DNA of 63,395 nt, counting the filler. It is 5 parts of 5 records of this genome, joined end to end, with 100 filler letters (N's around TTAATTAATTAA, not from the genome) between each part and the next. Parts side by side here need not be neighbours in the genome. Positions count along the whole stretch, not along the records: positions 25,468 to 38,043 come from SRR31156797_3260; positions 38,144 to 54,351 come from SRR31156797_3269; 3 more parts are not named here. One strand, 5' to 3'. The notes under the pieces were generated by a model. That model was not told where the DNA came from, did not search any database, and was given only the letters and a program-made list of their open reading frames with translations. Positions 37,020-46,266 of the stretch are shown here, piece after piece. The first letter of the stretch is position 1. Each line of letters starts with the position of its first letter. Position numbers and translations under genes: made by a program.

Positions 37020-38043
37020 CCTCAGTCTCTGCAGCTGCTTTAGCTTCGCTTGCATCAGCAAGTTTCTGCTTCAGCAGTTCGCCCAGAGTGTTACCGCTGT
37101 CGGCAGGACCGGAACGGAATTCTTTAGGCTGACGTTTTTCAGTGTCTTCCTTGAGCTGCTTGATGGAGAGGCCGAGGCGACGCTCATCAGCAGATACGTG
37201 GATGACTTTAGCCTGGATGGTAACGCCTTCTTTAAACATCTCAGAAGGATTCTTGATCTTCTTGTGAGAGATTTCAGAAACGTGAACCAGACCTTCAATA
37301 CCTTCTTCAACTTCTACGAAGAGGCCGAAGTCGGTGATGTTGGTAACGAGACCATCAAGGGTGCAGCCAACGGGGTACTTGTTGGGTACCTGAGACCAGG
37401 GGTCTTCGGAAAGCTGTTTAACACCGAGGGTGAACTTCTCGTTTTCTTTATCAACAGTGAGGACTTTAGCCTGAACGGAGTCGCCCACTGCGTATACTTC
37501 TGAAGGATGGCGAACCTTGCGGGTCCAGGAGATATCGGAAACGTGAATCAGGCCGTCAATGCCGTCTTCGATGCCGATGAACACACCAAATTCGGTGATG
37601 TTCTTGATCTGGCCTTCAAGGATAGTACCTTCAGGGAATTTCTCAGCAACAACATCCCAGGGGTTAGGCTTAACCTGTTTCATACCGAGGGAGATGCGCT
37701 TTTTGTCGGGATCAACACCCAGAACAACTACATCGACTTCATCGCCAACGCGGACCATCTGGGAGGGGTGACGAAGCTTGCGGGTCCAGGACATTTCAGA
37801 AATGTGAACCAGACCTTCAACGCCAGCTTCCAGCTCAACGAATGCACCGTAGTCAGCGAGGTTGGTAACCTTACCAGTGTACTTGGCACCTTCGGGGTAT
37901 TTTCCGGAGATGTCTTCCCACGGATCAGGAACGAGCTGTTTGAGGCCGAGAGAAACTTTCTGGCCTTCTTTGTCGAAGTTCAGAACTTTCAGTTCGAGCT
38001 CATCACCGAGTGCGACCATTTCCTTGGGATGCTTGATGCGCTT
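37006..38043 (-). CDS. rpsA: 30S ribosomal protein S1, C-terminal part (5' end lost at contig edge)
   Basis: Repeated S1 domains YGAFVELE.GVEGLVHISE, FGVFIGIEDGIDGLIHVSD. Confidence 0.97.
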   Translation of the reverse strand, partial: KRIKHPKEMVALGDELELKVLNFDKEGQKVSLGLKQLVPDPWEDISGKYPEGAKYTGKVTNLADYGAFVELEAGVEGLVHISEMSWTRKLRHPSQMVRVGDEVDVVVLGVDPDKKRISLGMKQVKPNPWDVVAEKFPEGTILEGQIKNITEFGVFIGIEDGIDGLIHVSDISWTRKVRHPSEVYAVGDSVQAKVLTVDKENEKFTLGVKQLSEDPWSQVPNKYPVGCTLDGLVTNITDFGLFVEVEEGIEGLVHVSEISHKKIKNPSEMFKEGVTIQAKVIHVSADERRLGLSIKQLKEDTEKRQPKEFRSGPADSGNTLGELLKQKLADASEAKAAAETEDEES

Positions 38044-38143
38044 NNNNNNNNNNNNNNNNNNNNNNNNNNNNNNNNNNNNNNNNNNNNTTAATTAATTAAN
38101 NNNNNNNNNNNNNNNNNNNNNNNNNNNNNNNNNNNNNNNNNNN
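38044..38143. other. Artificial contig linker
   Basis: N44-TTAATTAATTAA-N44. Confidence 0.98.
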
Positions 38144-38371
38144 TTCCTGAGTTCCTGGAACGAGTTCACCCTGGCCCTTATCCTGATCTCTGACAACGCC
38201 ATCAAGACCCTGCCCCTGGGACTGATCGCCTTTCAGGGGCAGTTCACCACGGACTGGGGGGCCATGGGGGCGGCCCTGACCATCGCCAGCCTGCCCACCC
38301 TGCTCATGTACCTCGCCTTCAGCAATCAGGTGGAGAAGGCCATGTCAGCCGGATCGGCGGTGAAGGGATAG
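38144..38371 (+). CDS. Carbohydrate ABC permease, C-terminal fragment
   Basis: Manual translation FLSSWNEFTLALILISDNAIKTLPLGLIAFQGQFTTDWG...AGSAVKG*. Confidence 0.9.
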   Translation, partial: FLSSWNEFTLALILISDNAIKTLPLGLIAFQGQFTTDWGAMGAALTIASLPTLLMYLAFSNQVEKAMSAGSAVKG

Positions 38372-38426
38372 ACTGGCTGCATTGATTATTCCGGCGCCCC
38401 CCTATATAACAGAGAGGGGGCCGCCG

Positions 38427-40211
38427 GTGAATTTAAGAGTACATAGCCTGTCCATTCGCTTCCTCCTCTTCTTTTTCGTCCTGGTCATCCTTCCGGTCTT
38501 TCTGTTCATCATCCTGGTGAATCACTCCTACAGCAAGTATCAGGGCTCTATGATGGAGTTGCAGCTCCAAGAGACTCTGGAGCAGATGGCCGTGAATCTC
38601 GATGAAGAGATCGCCGCCGTTTCCATCCTGTCCAGTGCTCTGAGCCACAATGCCGAGTTTCTCAAGGTCTGTGACGGTTACGATGCCGCCGTGGAATCCA
38701 TGGAGGTGTACAATCTTTATGAGGAGATGGATCGACAGCTGAGCAATCTCTTTCTCTATACAAACAAGACAGGCCTTATCTTTGTGTATACCAGGAACAA
38801 GCCCCCTTATCCCTTTGGTAATTTCCCTCTCAAGAGTTCTCTTCGCAATCTGCCCGAACCGAGGGCCGGCCTGCTTGAAAGCCTGGACGGGGATGCGGGG
38901 ATGATACGCTTCAGCGGAGATTTTTTCGCCCTTTACGATGTGGGGACGCCTCATCAGGATCGTTTTCCGCCCCTTATGACCATGGTTATCCAGCCCAATG
39001 AAAGGGGGGCCGGGTACTCGGTGATCCGCCTGCTTTTCGCCTATAAGCTGAAACTTCTGGAGCAGATCTATCGTGAGAACTCTCTCAGACAGTTTGCCTT
39101 CCTGACGGATGAAGAGGGGCATATCCTGCTGGAACCTCTTTCCCACGGCCGGGCAGGGGAGTTGTGGGATAGCTTCAAAAAAGGCGATATCGACCGCTCC
39201 CGGTGGATGCTCCTTTCTGAGGATATCCCGTCATCAGGCTGGCGTCTTCACCTGGTGGCCGACCTTCATGCCTTTATGGAACCCTTCAACCGGATCAGGC
39301 AGTTCTCCTTCCTTATTCTTCTGGGAATTATCATCAGCTTTGTGATTTATACAATACTTTTCTTTCAGAGCATGATCTCTCCCCTGAATATGCTGAGCGA
39401 GAGGATGAGTCGCGTGGAGTCGGGAGATTATAACGTGAGGGTTCCTGAGTCGGGGGAGTCGGAAATCCGGCAGCTATTGCAGAGTTTCAACCGTATGATC
39501 GCTCAGGTGAAGGATCTTACCGAGTTCAAGTTCAGGCAGGACAGAGAGCGGGCCCAGCTTGAGTTTCAGGCCCTTCAGTATCAGATAAACCCTCATTTCG
39601 TAGCCAATACCCTCAATGCGATACGCCTGATGGCCGTAGTGAAGAAGAATGAAAACATTAAGAATATGACGACTTCTTTGATGCAGCTGGTGAATAACAG
39701 CTTCCGGGGAGAGGGAAATCGAACGACCCTGAGAGAGGAGATTGATTCCCTGAGCAGTTATATCCATATCATGAAGGTCCGCTTCAGTAATCCGGTGGAA
39801 CTCCGTTTTTCGGTGGATGATGAACTAAAGGACATGCCTCTTCTCAGGATGCTGCTGCAACCGATTGTAGAGAATGCCGTCGTCCACGGGCTGGCTGAAA
39901 AGCGCAGTAAAGGGATCATCCAGGTGCAGGTGAACCAGAATACGGATCGTGTCGGAGGCCGGTCTACCCTTATCAGGATTACGGATAACGGAAAGGGAAT
40001 GGAGCTGCCCGAAGACTCTCTTCCAACCCGTCCGGTGAACCGGGCTTCCGGCGGTTTTACGGGTATAGGTATCCGGAATGTGGACAGGAGGATCAGGCTG
40101 AACTATGGTGAGGAATACGGCCTGACCGTAAAGAGCAGGAGAGGGCATTTTACGACTGTGGAGATAAGACTGCCTTACGGCGAAAAACATGGGACCGAGG
40201 AAGAATTATGA
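38427..40211 (+). CDS. YesM/LytS-like sensor histidine kinase (HAMP + His_kinase)
   Basis: ALQYQINPHFVANTLN, LQPIVENAVVHG, DNGKG, GIGIRNV; probable GTG start 38427 (ORF open from 38382). Confidence 0.92.
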   Translation: MNLRVHSLSIRFLLFFFVLVILPVFLFIILVNHSYSKYQGSMMELQLQETLEQMAVNLDEEIAAVSILSSALSHNAEFLKVCDGYDAAVESMEVYNLYEEMDRQLSNLFLYTNKTGLIFVYTRNKPPYPFGNFPLKSSLRNLPEPRAGLLESLDGDAGMIRFSGDFFALYDVGTPHQDRFPPLMTMVIQPNERGAGYSVIRLLFAYKLKLLEQIYRENSLRQFAFLTDEEGHILLEPLSHGRAGELWDSFKKGDIDRSRWMLLSEDIPSSGWRLHLVADLHAFMEPFNRIRQFSFLILLGIIISFVIYTILFFQSMISPLNMLSERMSRVESGDYNVRVPESGESEIRQLLQSFNRMIAQVKDLTEFKFRQDRERAQLEFQALQYQINPHFVANTLNAIRLMAVVKKNENIKNMTTSLMQLVNNSFRGEGNRTTLREEIDSLSSYIHIMKVRFSNPVELRFSVDDELKDMPLLRMLLQPIVENAVVHGLAEKRSKGIIQVQVNQNTDRVGGRSTLIRITDNGKGMELPEDSLPTRPVNRASGGFTGIGIRNVDRRIRLNYGEEYGLTVKSRRGHFTTVEIRLPYGEKHGTEEEL

Positions 40212-41383
40212 TCAGGATACTAATGGTGGACGACGAACCCCTTGTGAGGGCTTCGATACAGTCATTCCTTGATTGGGAAAGCGAGGGGTTTTTATTCTGC
40301 GGTGAGGCCTCAAACGGACGGGAGGCCCTGGATGAGCTGAGTCGGGGAGAGTTCGATCTCATCCTGCTGGATATCTTTATGCCGAAGATGGACGGCCTGG
40401 AGTTTCTCGAGGAGCTTGCCGGACATGAGAATCCTCCGGCGGTTATCGTCCTCAGCGCGGGAGATCAGTACAGCTCCGTTCGCAAGGCCTTCCGTCTGGG
40501 AGCCATGGACTATGTTCTGAAATCCGACATGGATGATATAAAGCTCCTGGAGATCCTGAAAAAGGCGGCCTCCTCACTGCGCAATCAGGGGCATGAGCCC
40601 AAAAGGGCTGAGGACCGGGAGCTCAATTACATGCGGCAGATGGTGTTTATGGATCTGTTGAGGGAGAGGAATCCCGAGATGACCCGGAACCTTATGTCCG
40701 CGACGGGTATGCTGCCACCCTTCCCTCTGAGACTGTGTTCTCTGCTCGCCGATATGAAGCAGGAGGTTTCGACCTGTCAGGTCGTCCGTATACAAGCTGA
40801 GCAATTCTTAAAGAAACGGGGACTCTCCGGTTTTATCGCCTCAGCCGGAGACGGTGAGTTCTTTCTGGCCCTGGAGGTTAAAGCCGCCGGGGATCGGGGG
40901 CAGGTGCTTTGCGAATCCTTCTGCAGGGATTTTGTCTCGGTAATACGGGATGGGATGGATGTGCGGCTGGATTTTTCGGTCGCTCCCGTTTGCGACAGTC
41001 TCGCCGATCTGCCTCGTCAGTACCGTTATCTCTGCTCCCTGCGGAATCAGGAAAGCCGATTGGTCCGCAGGGCGAAAAAATATATCCGCTCCCGTTCTGC
41101 CGATGCGGCCCTTGCCCTTGAGGATGTAAGCCGTCATGTGGAGGTCTCCAAATCCCATCTGAGCGCTCAGTTCCGCAAGGAGACGGGAATGACCTTCCGG
41201 GAGTACCTGACAAGGCTCAGGATCGAACACGCGGAGCGGCTGTTGAGGGAGACGGGGATGAAGGTCTATGAGGTGAGCGAGGCCGTAGGCTATCCCAATG
41301 TGGAGCATTTCTCCCGGATATTTAAAAAACAGACAGGCCAGTCCCCCGCCCGTTTTGGTGAGGATCGCGTCAGTTCATCCTGA
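40208..41383 (+). CDS. YesN-like response regulator (receiver + AraC HTH)
   Basis: VDDE..LLDIFMPKMDG; VYEVSEAVGYPNVEHFSRIFKK. Confidence 0.93.
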   Translation: MIRILMVDDEPLVRASIQSFLDWESEGFLFCGEASNGREALDELSRGEFDLILLDIFMPKMDGLEFLEELAGHENPPAVIVLSAGDQYSSVRKAFRLGAMDYVLKSDMDDIKLLEILKKAASSLRNQGHEPKRAEDRELNYMRQMVFMDLLRERNPEMTRNLMSATGMLPPFPLRLCSLLADMKQEVSTCQVVRIQAEQFLKKRGLSGFIASAGDGEFFLALEVKAAGDRGQVLCESFCRDFVSVIRDGMDVRLDFSVAPVCDSLADLPRQYRYLCSLRNQESRLVRRAKKYIRSRSADAALALEDVSRHVEVSKSHLSAQFRKETGMTFREYLTRLRIEHAERLLRETGMKVYEVSEAVGYPNVEHFSRIFKKQTGQSPARFGEDRVSSS

Positions 41384-41505
41384 AAAAGATCATGAAATCA
41401 TAATTCCGTTCATTTCGCGCAGCTGAATTCCGGTGTTAACCTGAATATATGATCAAATATTTACAGGCGCCGGAACAGATTCAGAGGCGCCCAAAGGAGT
41501 ATGAT

Positions 41506-42801
41506 ATGAATAAAATCCGGAAGTATTTCTGCATCCTTATGATGTTTATAATGGTTGTTGGATTTACGGCGGCTGAGGGACAGAAGGATGAGTCAGGTAA
41601 GCCCGTGGTTATCAAGATGGGGGACAATCTCCCCGACAGATCCAATGGACTGGGCGCCGTTGCCGAGACGGTCAATCAGGAATTTATCAGACTTCATCCC
41701 GAGGTGAGCTTCGAGGTGGAGAGCTATCAGGATCAGGCTTATCAGCAAAAGATCAAGATCTATGCGACCGCAGGTCAGTTGCCTGATGTTATGAAGTACT
41801 GGAGCTTTTCGACTCTTCTGCAGCCCCTGGTGGAGAGCAAGCTGGTTGAGCCTCTGGACCGCAATGCCGTCAAGGATCTGCCCTGGCTGCCCGGCGCCCT
41901 TGAAGGGAATGTCTACGATGGTGAACTCTACGGCATACCTACTTCCGCCGACCTCTGGGTCGTCTTTTACAACGAAGCCATCTTCGATGAGGTGGGTGTG
42001 GAGATTCCTACAACCTTTGCCGGTATGAAGGCCGCCGCAGCCAAGCTTTCCGCCGCAGGATACGTTCCTGCCGTTACCGATGGAAAGGACGGCTGGCCCC
42101 TGAGCATCAGCTATGACAATATCCTGTGGCGCGTGACCGGTGACTACTCGGTTATGGAGGAGGCCCTTGCCGGGAAGAAGAGTTTTACCGATCCCGAGTT
42201 CCTGAAGGCTGCTGAGCTTTATCAGGAGGTCTTCCACAGCAGCGGTATCTTCCGGAACGACCTGGTGACCACCGACTACGGCGCCGCCAGAAACCTCTTC
42301 GGACAGGAGCAGGCGGCCATGTACATTATGGGCGCCTGGGAGCTGGGGATGGCCAGTGATCCCAACTTTTCCGAGCGTTTCCGTTCCAATGTCCACGCCA
42401 CCAGGTTTCCGGTACTCAAAGGCGGCGAAGATCAGAGAGACAATCTGGTCGCCTGGTACGGCGGTAATTACATCGTTAAAGCCGACAGCAAGCATAAGGA
42501 TCTGGCCATGGAGTATATCAAGCTATACTCCGAGATCTACGCCGATGTAATGTGGGACCTTCAGGCCGGGTTTCCCGCACAGGCCATTCAGCCCAGTGAT
42601 AAGGACAACGATCTGGCCAAGGATCTGCTGCAGATTGCAGGAGAGGCCAAAGAAACCAGCGGAACTACCTCTCTGGACCGTCTGGACGCCGCCTTCAAGG
42701 AAGCCCATCAGAAGCTTTGCAAGGATCTGGCCGCAGGCGTTATCACTCCCGAGCAGTTCTGCAAGGACATGGATGTCGCTCTGAAAAAGGCCCTGAAGTA
42801 A
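41506..42801 (+). CDS. Carbohydrate ABC transporter substrate-binding protein
   Basis: AGQLPDV, YDGELYGIP, FYNEAIF, AAMYIMGAW; ATG 41506 with AAGGAG SD. Confidence 0.9.
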   Translation: MNKIRKYFCILMMFIMVVGFTAAEGQKDESGKPVVIKMGDNLPDRSNGLGAVAETVNQEFIRLHPEVSFEVESYQDQAYQQKIKIYATAGQLPDVMKYWSFSTLLQPLVESKLVEPLDRNAVKDLPWLPGALEGNVYDGELYGIPTSADLWVVFYNEAIFDEVGVEIPTTFAGMKAAAAKLSAAGYVPAVTDGKDGWPLSISYDNILWRVTGDYSVMEEALAGKKSFTDPEFLKAAELYQEVFHSSGIFRNDLVTTDYGAARNLFGQEQAAMYIMGAWELGMASDPNFSERFRSNVHATRFPVLKGGEDQRDNLVAWYGGNYIVKADSKHKDLAMEYIKLYSEIYADVMWDLQAGFPAQAIQPSDKDNDLAKDLLQIAGEAKETSGTTSLDRLDAAFKEAHQKLCKDLAAGVITPEQFCKDMDVALKKALK

Positions 42802-42817
42802 GCAAATCGCCCATATG

Positions 42818-42837
42818 CGCCCCGGAACTCCGGGGCG
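42818..42837 (+). terminator. GC hairpin after SBP gene (mRNA stabiliser/attenuator)
   Basis: CGCCCCGG-AACT-CCGGGGCG. Confidence 0.5.
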
Positions 42838-42862
42838 GTTTCAATTCAATACAGGTATCCCA

Positions 42863-43750
42863 ATGAATCAACTATTCAGTACTAAAAGGACCATCCTATG
42901 GCTGACCGGGCCAGGCGTCCTGATCATGATGTTTGCCATCGTGGCCCCCATCATCCTCTCGGCCTACTACAGCCTGACCGACTGGTCCGGCTTCGGTGCC
43001 AAGGAGTTCATAGCTCTGGCAAACTACAAAGAGATCCTGACCGAGGATCCCACATTCTGGCGCTCACTCTTAAACGCCCTTCTGCTTTTGATCGTGACCG
43101 TTTTTATTCAGAATCCCCTGGCCTTTGCCCTGGCTGCGGTTCTGAAGCAGATTAAGGAATGGCACTCCCTCTGGCTGAGGACCATATACTTTGTACCCGC
43201 CATCCTGACGGTCGTAGTCATCACCAAGCTCTGGATGAATATGATGAATCCCGGCTACGGCCTGGTGAACAAGCTCCTCGGTTTCTGCGGATTGGAGCTG
43301 TGGCAGCACAGCTGGCTGAGCGATCCGAGCACCGCTCTGGGGGCCGTGATCTTTATCACCGTATGGCACGGCTTCGGCTGGGCCCTCCTCTTCTACTATT
43401 CGGGGCTGACCACCGTTCCTTCCGAGCTCCATGAGGCCGCTCTTATGGACGGCGCCAATGCCTTTCAGCGTTACACATCGGTAATCATCCCCTACATGCT
43501 TCCCGTCATACAGGCCGTTATCATCATCGATATCACATCCTGTCTGAAACAGATGGAGATCGTTATGCTGGCCACGGAGGGCGGACCGGGAAACAGTACT
43601 CAATTCGTGGCCTATCACCTCTATGAGCAGGCCTTCAAGTACTCGCGCTACGGCTACGGGAATGCCATCTCCATCCTCTTCGTCGTGATTGCCCTCAGCA
43701 TCACGATCCTGGCTAATAAATACCTTGCGTCAAAGGAGGAGTCTCTGTGA
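42863..43750 (+). CDS. Carbohydrate ABC permease (MalF-like)
   Basis: EAA motif ELHEAALMDGA; YGYGNAIS. Confidence 0.92.
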   Translation: MNQLFSTKRTILWLTGPGVLIMMFAIVAPIILSAYYSLTDWSGFGAKEFIALANYKEILTEDPTFWRSLLNALLLLIVTVFIQNPLAFALAAVLKQIKEWHSLWLRTIYFVPAILTVVVITKLWMNMMNPGYGLVNKLLGFCGLELWQHSWLSDPSTALGAVIFITVWHGFGWALLFYYSGLTTVPSELHEAALMDGANAFQRYTSVIIPYMLPVIQAVIIIDITSCLKQMEIVMLATEGGPGNSTQFVAYHLYEQAFKYSRYGYGNAISILFVVIALSITILANKYLASKEESL

Positions 43751-44592
43751 TGAGGATTAACAAGACATCTGTCAAACCGGGGCATGTGGCGCTCTTTCTC
43801 TTCCTGCTGCTCATGGCCCTGGCCCAGCTCTTTCCCCTCTTCTGGCTTTTCAACTACTCCCTTCAGAAGAGCAGCCGCTTGTTCGGGGATAAGCTGATCG
43901 ATCTGCCCGATGTTCCCCAGTGGGGGAACTATCTGAGGGCCTGGACCGACGGCCGCATCGCACAGTATCTGTGGAACAGCATCGTCGTTGTCTCCCTTTC
44001 CATCATACTGATCATGGTCTTCTCCTTTACCATAGCCTATGCCTGTACTAGGATGCAGTGGAAGCTCAGGAAAGCGGTTTACAGCTTCGTCCTTCTGGGG
44101 ATGGTCATCCCCATCCATACCACCCTTCTGCCCAACTTCGTCTGGTTTAAGAACTTCGGTCTGATCAACAGCCATCTGGGATTGATCATTCCCTATACGG
44201 CCTTCTTTCTGGCCTTCAGCGTCCTTATGTTTTCGGGCTTCCTTCACTCCCTCCCCTTCGCCATGGAGGAGTCGGCCTACCTGGAGGGCGCCGGGCTCGG
44301 AAGCATCCTTTGGAGGATCATCGCCCCTATGGCGAAGTCGGGCTTCGTCACCGTGGGAATCATGGCCTTTCTGAACTGCTGGAACGAGTTCATCATGGCC
44401 AATACCTTCCTGGCCTCCGAGTCGAAGCGGACCCTTCCCTTCTCCATTATCCGCTTCGAGGGGGAGTATGCCTCGGACTATGCGGTGCAGTTCGCCTGTA
44501 TGGTAATCGTGGCCGTCATTCCCATTGTGCTCTACTTTATCTTTTCAAAACGGATTATCGCCGGGGTCACCGCCGGCGCCGTGAAGGGCTAG
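43747..44592 (+). CDS. Carbohydrate ABC permease (MalG-like)
   Basis: MEESAYLEGA; WNEF; GAVKG end. Confidence 0.92.
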   Translation: MMRINKTSVKPGHVALFLFLLLMALAQLFPLFWLFNYSLQKSSRLFGDKLIDLPDVPQWGNYLRAWTDGRIAQYLWNSIVVVSLSIILIMVFSFTIAYACTRMQWKLRKAVYSFVLLGMVIPIHTTLLPNFVWFKNFGLINSHLGLIIPYTAFFLAFSVLMFSGFLHSLPFAMEESAYLEGAGLGSILWRIIAPMAKSGFVTVGIMAFLNCWNEFIMANTFLASESKRTLPFSIIRFEGEYASDYAVQFACMVIVAVIPIVLYFIFSKRIIAGVTAGAVKG

Positions 44593-44595
44593 GCC

Positions 44596-46266
44596 ATGGT
44601 TGAAATCAGAAATCCTATTCTGCCGGGCTTCAACGCCGATCCCTCCGCCCTGAGGGTGGGGGAGGACTATTATGTGGTCACCAGCAGCTTCAACTGGTTC
44701 CCCGGGGTTCCCCTCTACCATTCCCGGGATCTGAAAAACTGGACGCTCAAAACCCATCTGCTGACCCGAAAGGAGCAGCTGGATCTCCGGGGGAATCCCG
44801 AATCCTGCGGCGTCTGGGCCCCTCAGATCAGCTACAATGCCGTGACCGGGCTCTTCTATCTGGCGTACACCGATGTGAAGTCCCTGAGCGGTAGCTTCTT
44901 CGACCTGAATAACTACGTGATTACCGCGCCCGATCCCGAGGGCCCCTGGTCCGATCCGACGTATTTGAACTCCAGCGGATTCGATCCCTCACTCTTTCAT
45001 GATGAGGACGGCAGCAGCAGGCTGCTGAATCTTGCCTGGGAGTTCCGGGAGGGGTATCCCCATCCCGGTCCCATCATCATGCAGGACTTCGACCCCGGGG
45101 ATCTGAGACTGAAGGGGGAGAGCCGAATCATCTACAGGGGAAATCCCCGCTTCGGCTGTACCGAAGGACCCCATCTTTATAAGCGGAACGGGCTCTATTA
45201 CCTGATGACCGCCGAGGGAGGGACGGGCTATGGCCATGCGGTTATGATCGCACGCTCAAGCCGCCCCGAAGGCCCCTACGAGGAGAGTCCTCACGGCCCC
45301 CTCTTGACGGCCCGGATGAACCCGGATCCCGAACCGCCCCGTGCGGACCCGAGTTTTCTGAAACCCCGCTTCTACAATCCCGAACTGGGGCTGCAGAAGA
45401 CGGGACACGGCTCCCTCCTGGAAACCCCCGCCGGAGAAACGGCCCTTTTTCATCTCTGCGCCCGTCCGGTTATGCCTGCCATGCGCTGCACCCTGAACCG
45501 GGAAACCGGTCTTCAGAAGGTACTCTGGGATGAGGAAGGGTGGCCCCGCCTTTGCGGAGGGACTCCCTGGCCCTCGGACAGGGTTACCTTTCAGCTTCGC
45601 GAGGGGGAGCCCGCCGATCCGGCCGCGCCGGGACGCGTGAGCTTCCGCAGCGGCGTCATCCCTCAGGAATTCTATTCCCTGAAAGGGTGCAGAGACGAGA
45701 GCTGGTGCTTCCTGGACAGAAAGAAGGGAGTCCTGAGTATGAGAGGGCGGAACTCACCTTACTCGGCCCATGATCTTTCCCTCCTGGCCAGAAGGATTCA
45801 GCACTTCGACTGCGATATAGAGCTTCTTATGGATTTTAAACCGGAGAACTACAGGCAGATGGCCGGGCTGGTGTTGCAGACCGGCAGCAGGACCTTCTTC
45901 TATCTGCGCTACTACTTCAGCGACTCCCTCGGCTGCCCCTGCCTGGGGCTGATGGTGAGTCTGAACGGAGAGAAGCGTGAAGAGGCCCGGACTTCCGTGC
46001 CCTATGGAGGAGCCTTGTATCTCAAGGCAGAGCTGCGGACCAGAACCCTCTCCTTCTTTTTTTCCCGTGACGGTCTGTCCTATTTACCCGTCGGGACGGC
46101 CCAGGATGCCACGGTGCTGTCCGATGAGTTTACCAACAGCGGGCCCGGAGCCTTCGACGGCAGTTTCGCCGGGATGACGGTCCAGGACCTTGACAGGCGT
46201 ACGGCCCAGGCGGAATTCCAGAGCTTCAGCTACCTGCCTTTGGACGACGGGGAGGTAACGGCATGA
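44596..46266 (+). CDS. GH43 beta-xylosidase/arabinofuranosidase
   Basis: NPILPGFNADPS, SSFNWFPG, GVWAP, GFDPSLF, TEGPHLYK, AEGGTG. Confidence 0.93.
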   Translation: MVEIRNPILPGFNADPSALRVGEDYYVVTSSFNWFPGVPLYHSRDLKNWTLKTHLLTRKEQLDLRGNPESCGVWAPQISYNAVTGLFYLAYTDVKSLSGSFFDLNNYVITAPDPEGPWSDPTYLNSSGFDPSLFHDEDGSSRLLNLAWEFREGYPHPGPIIMQDFDPGDLRLKGESRIIYRGNPRFGCTEGPHLYKRNGLYYLMTAEGGTGYGHAVMIARSSRPEGPYEESPHGPLLTARMNPDPEPPRADPSFLKPRFYNPELGLQKTGHGSLLETPAGETALFHLCARPVMPAMRCTLNRETGLQKVLWDEEGWPRLCGGTPWPSDRVTFQLREGEPADPAAPGRVSFRSGVIPQEFYSLKGCRDESWCFLDRKKGVLSMRGRNSPYSAHDLSLLARRIQHFDCDIELLMDFKPENYRQMAGLVLQTGSRTFFYLRYYFSDSLGCPCLGLMVSLNGEKREEARTSVPYGGALYLKAELRTRTLSFFFSRDGLSYLPVGTAQDATVLSDEFTNSGPGAFDGSFAGMTVQDLDRRTAQAEFQSFSYLPLDDGEVTA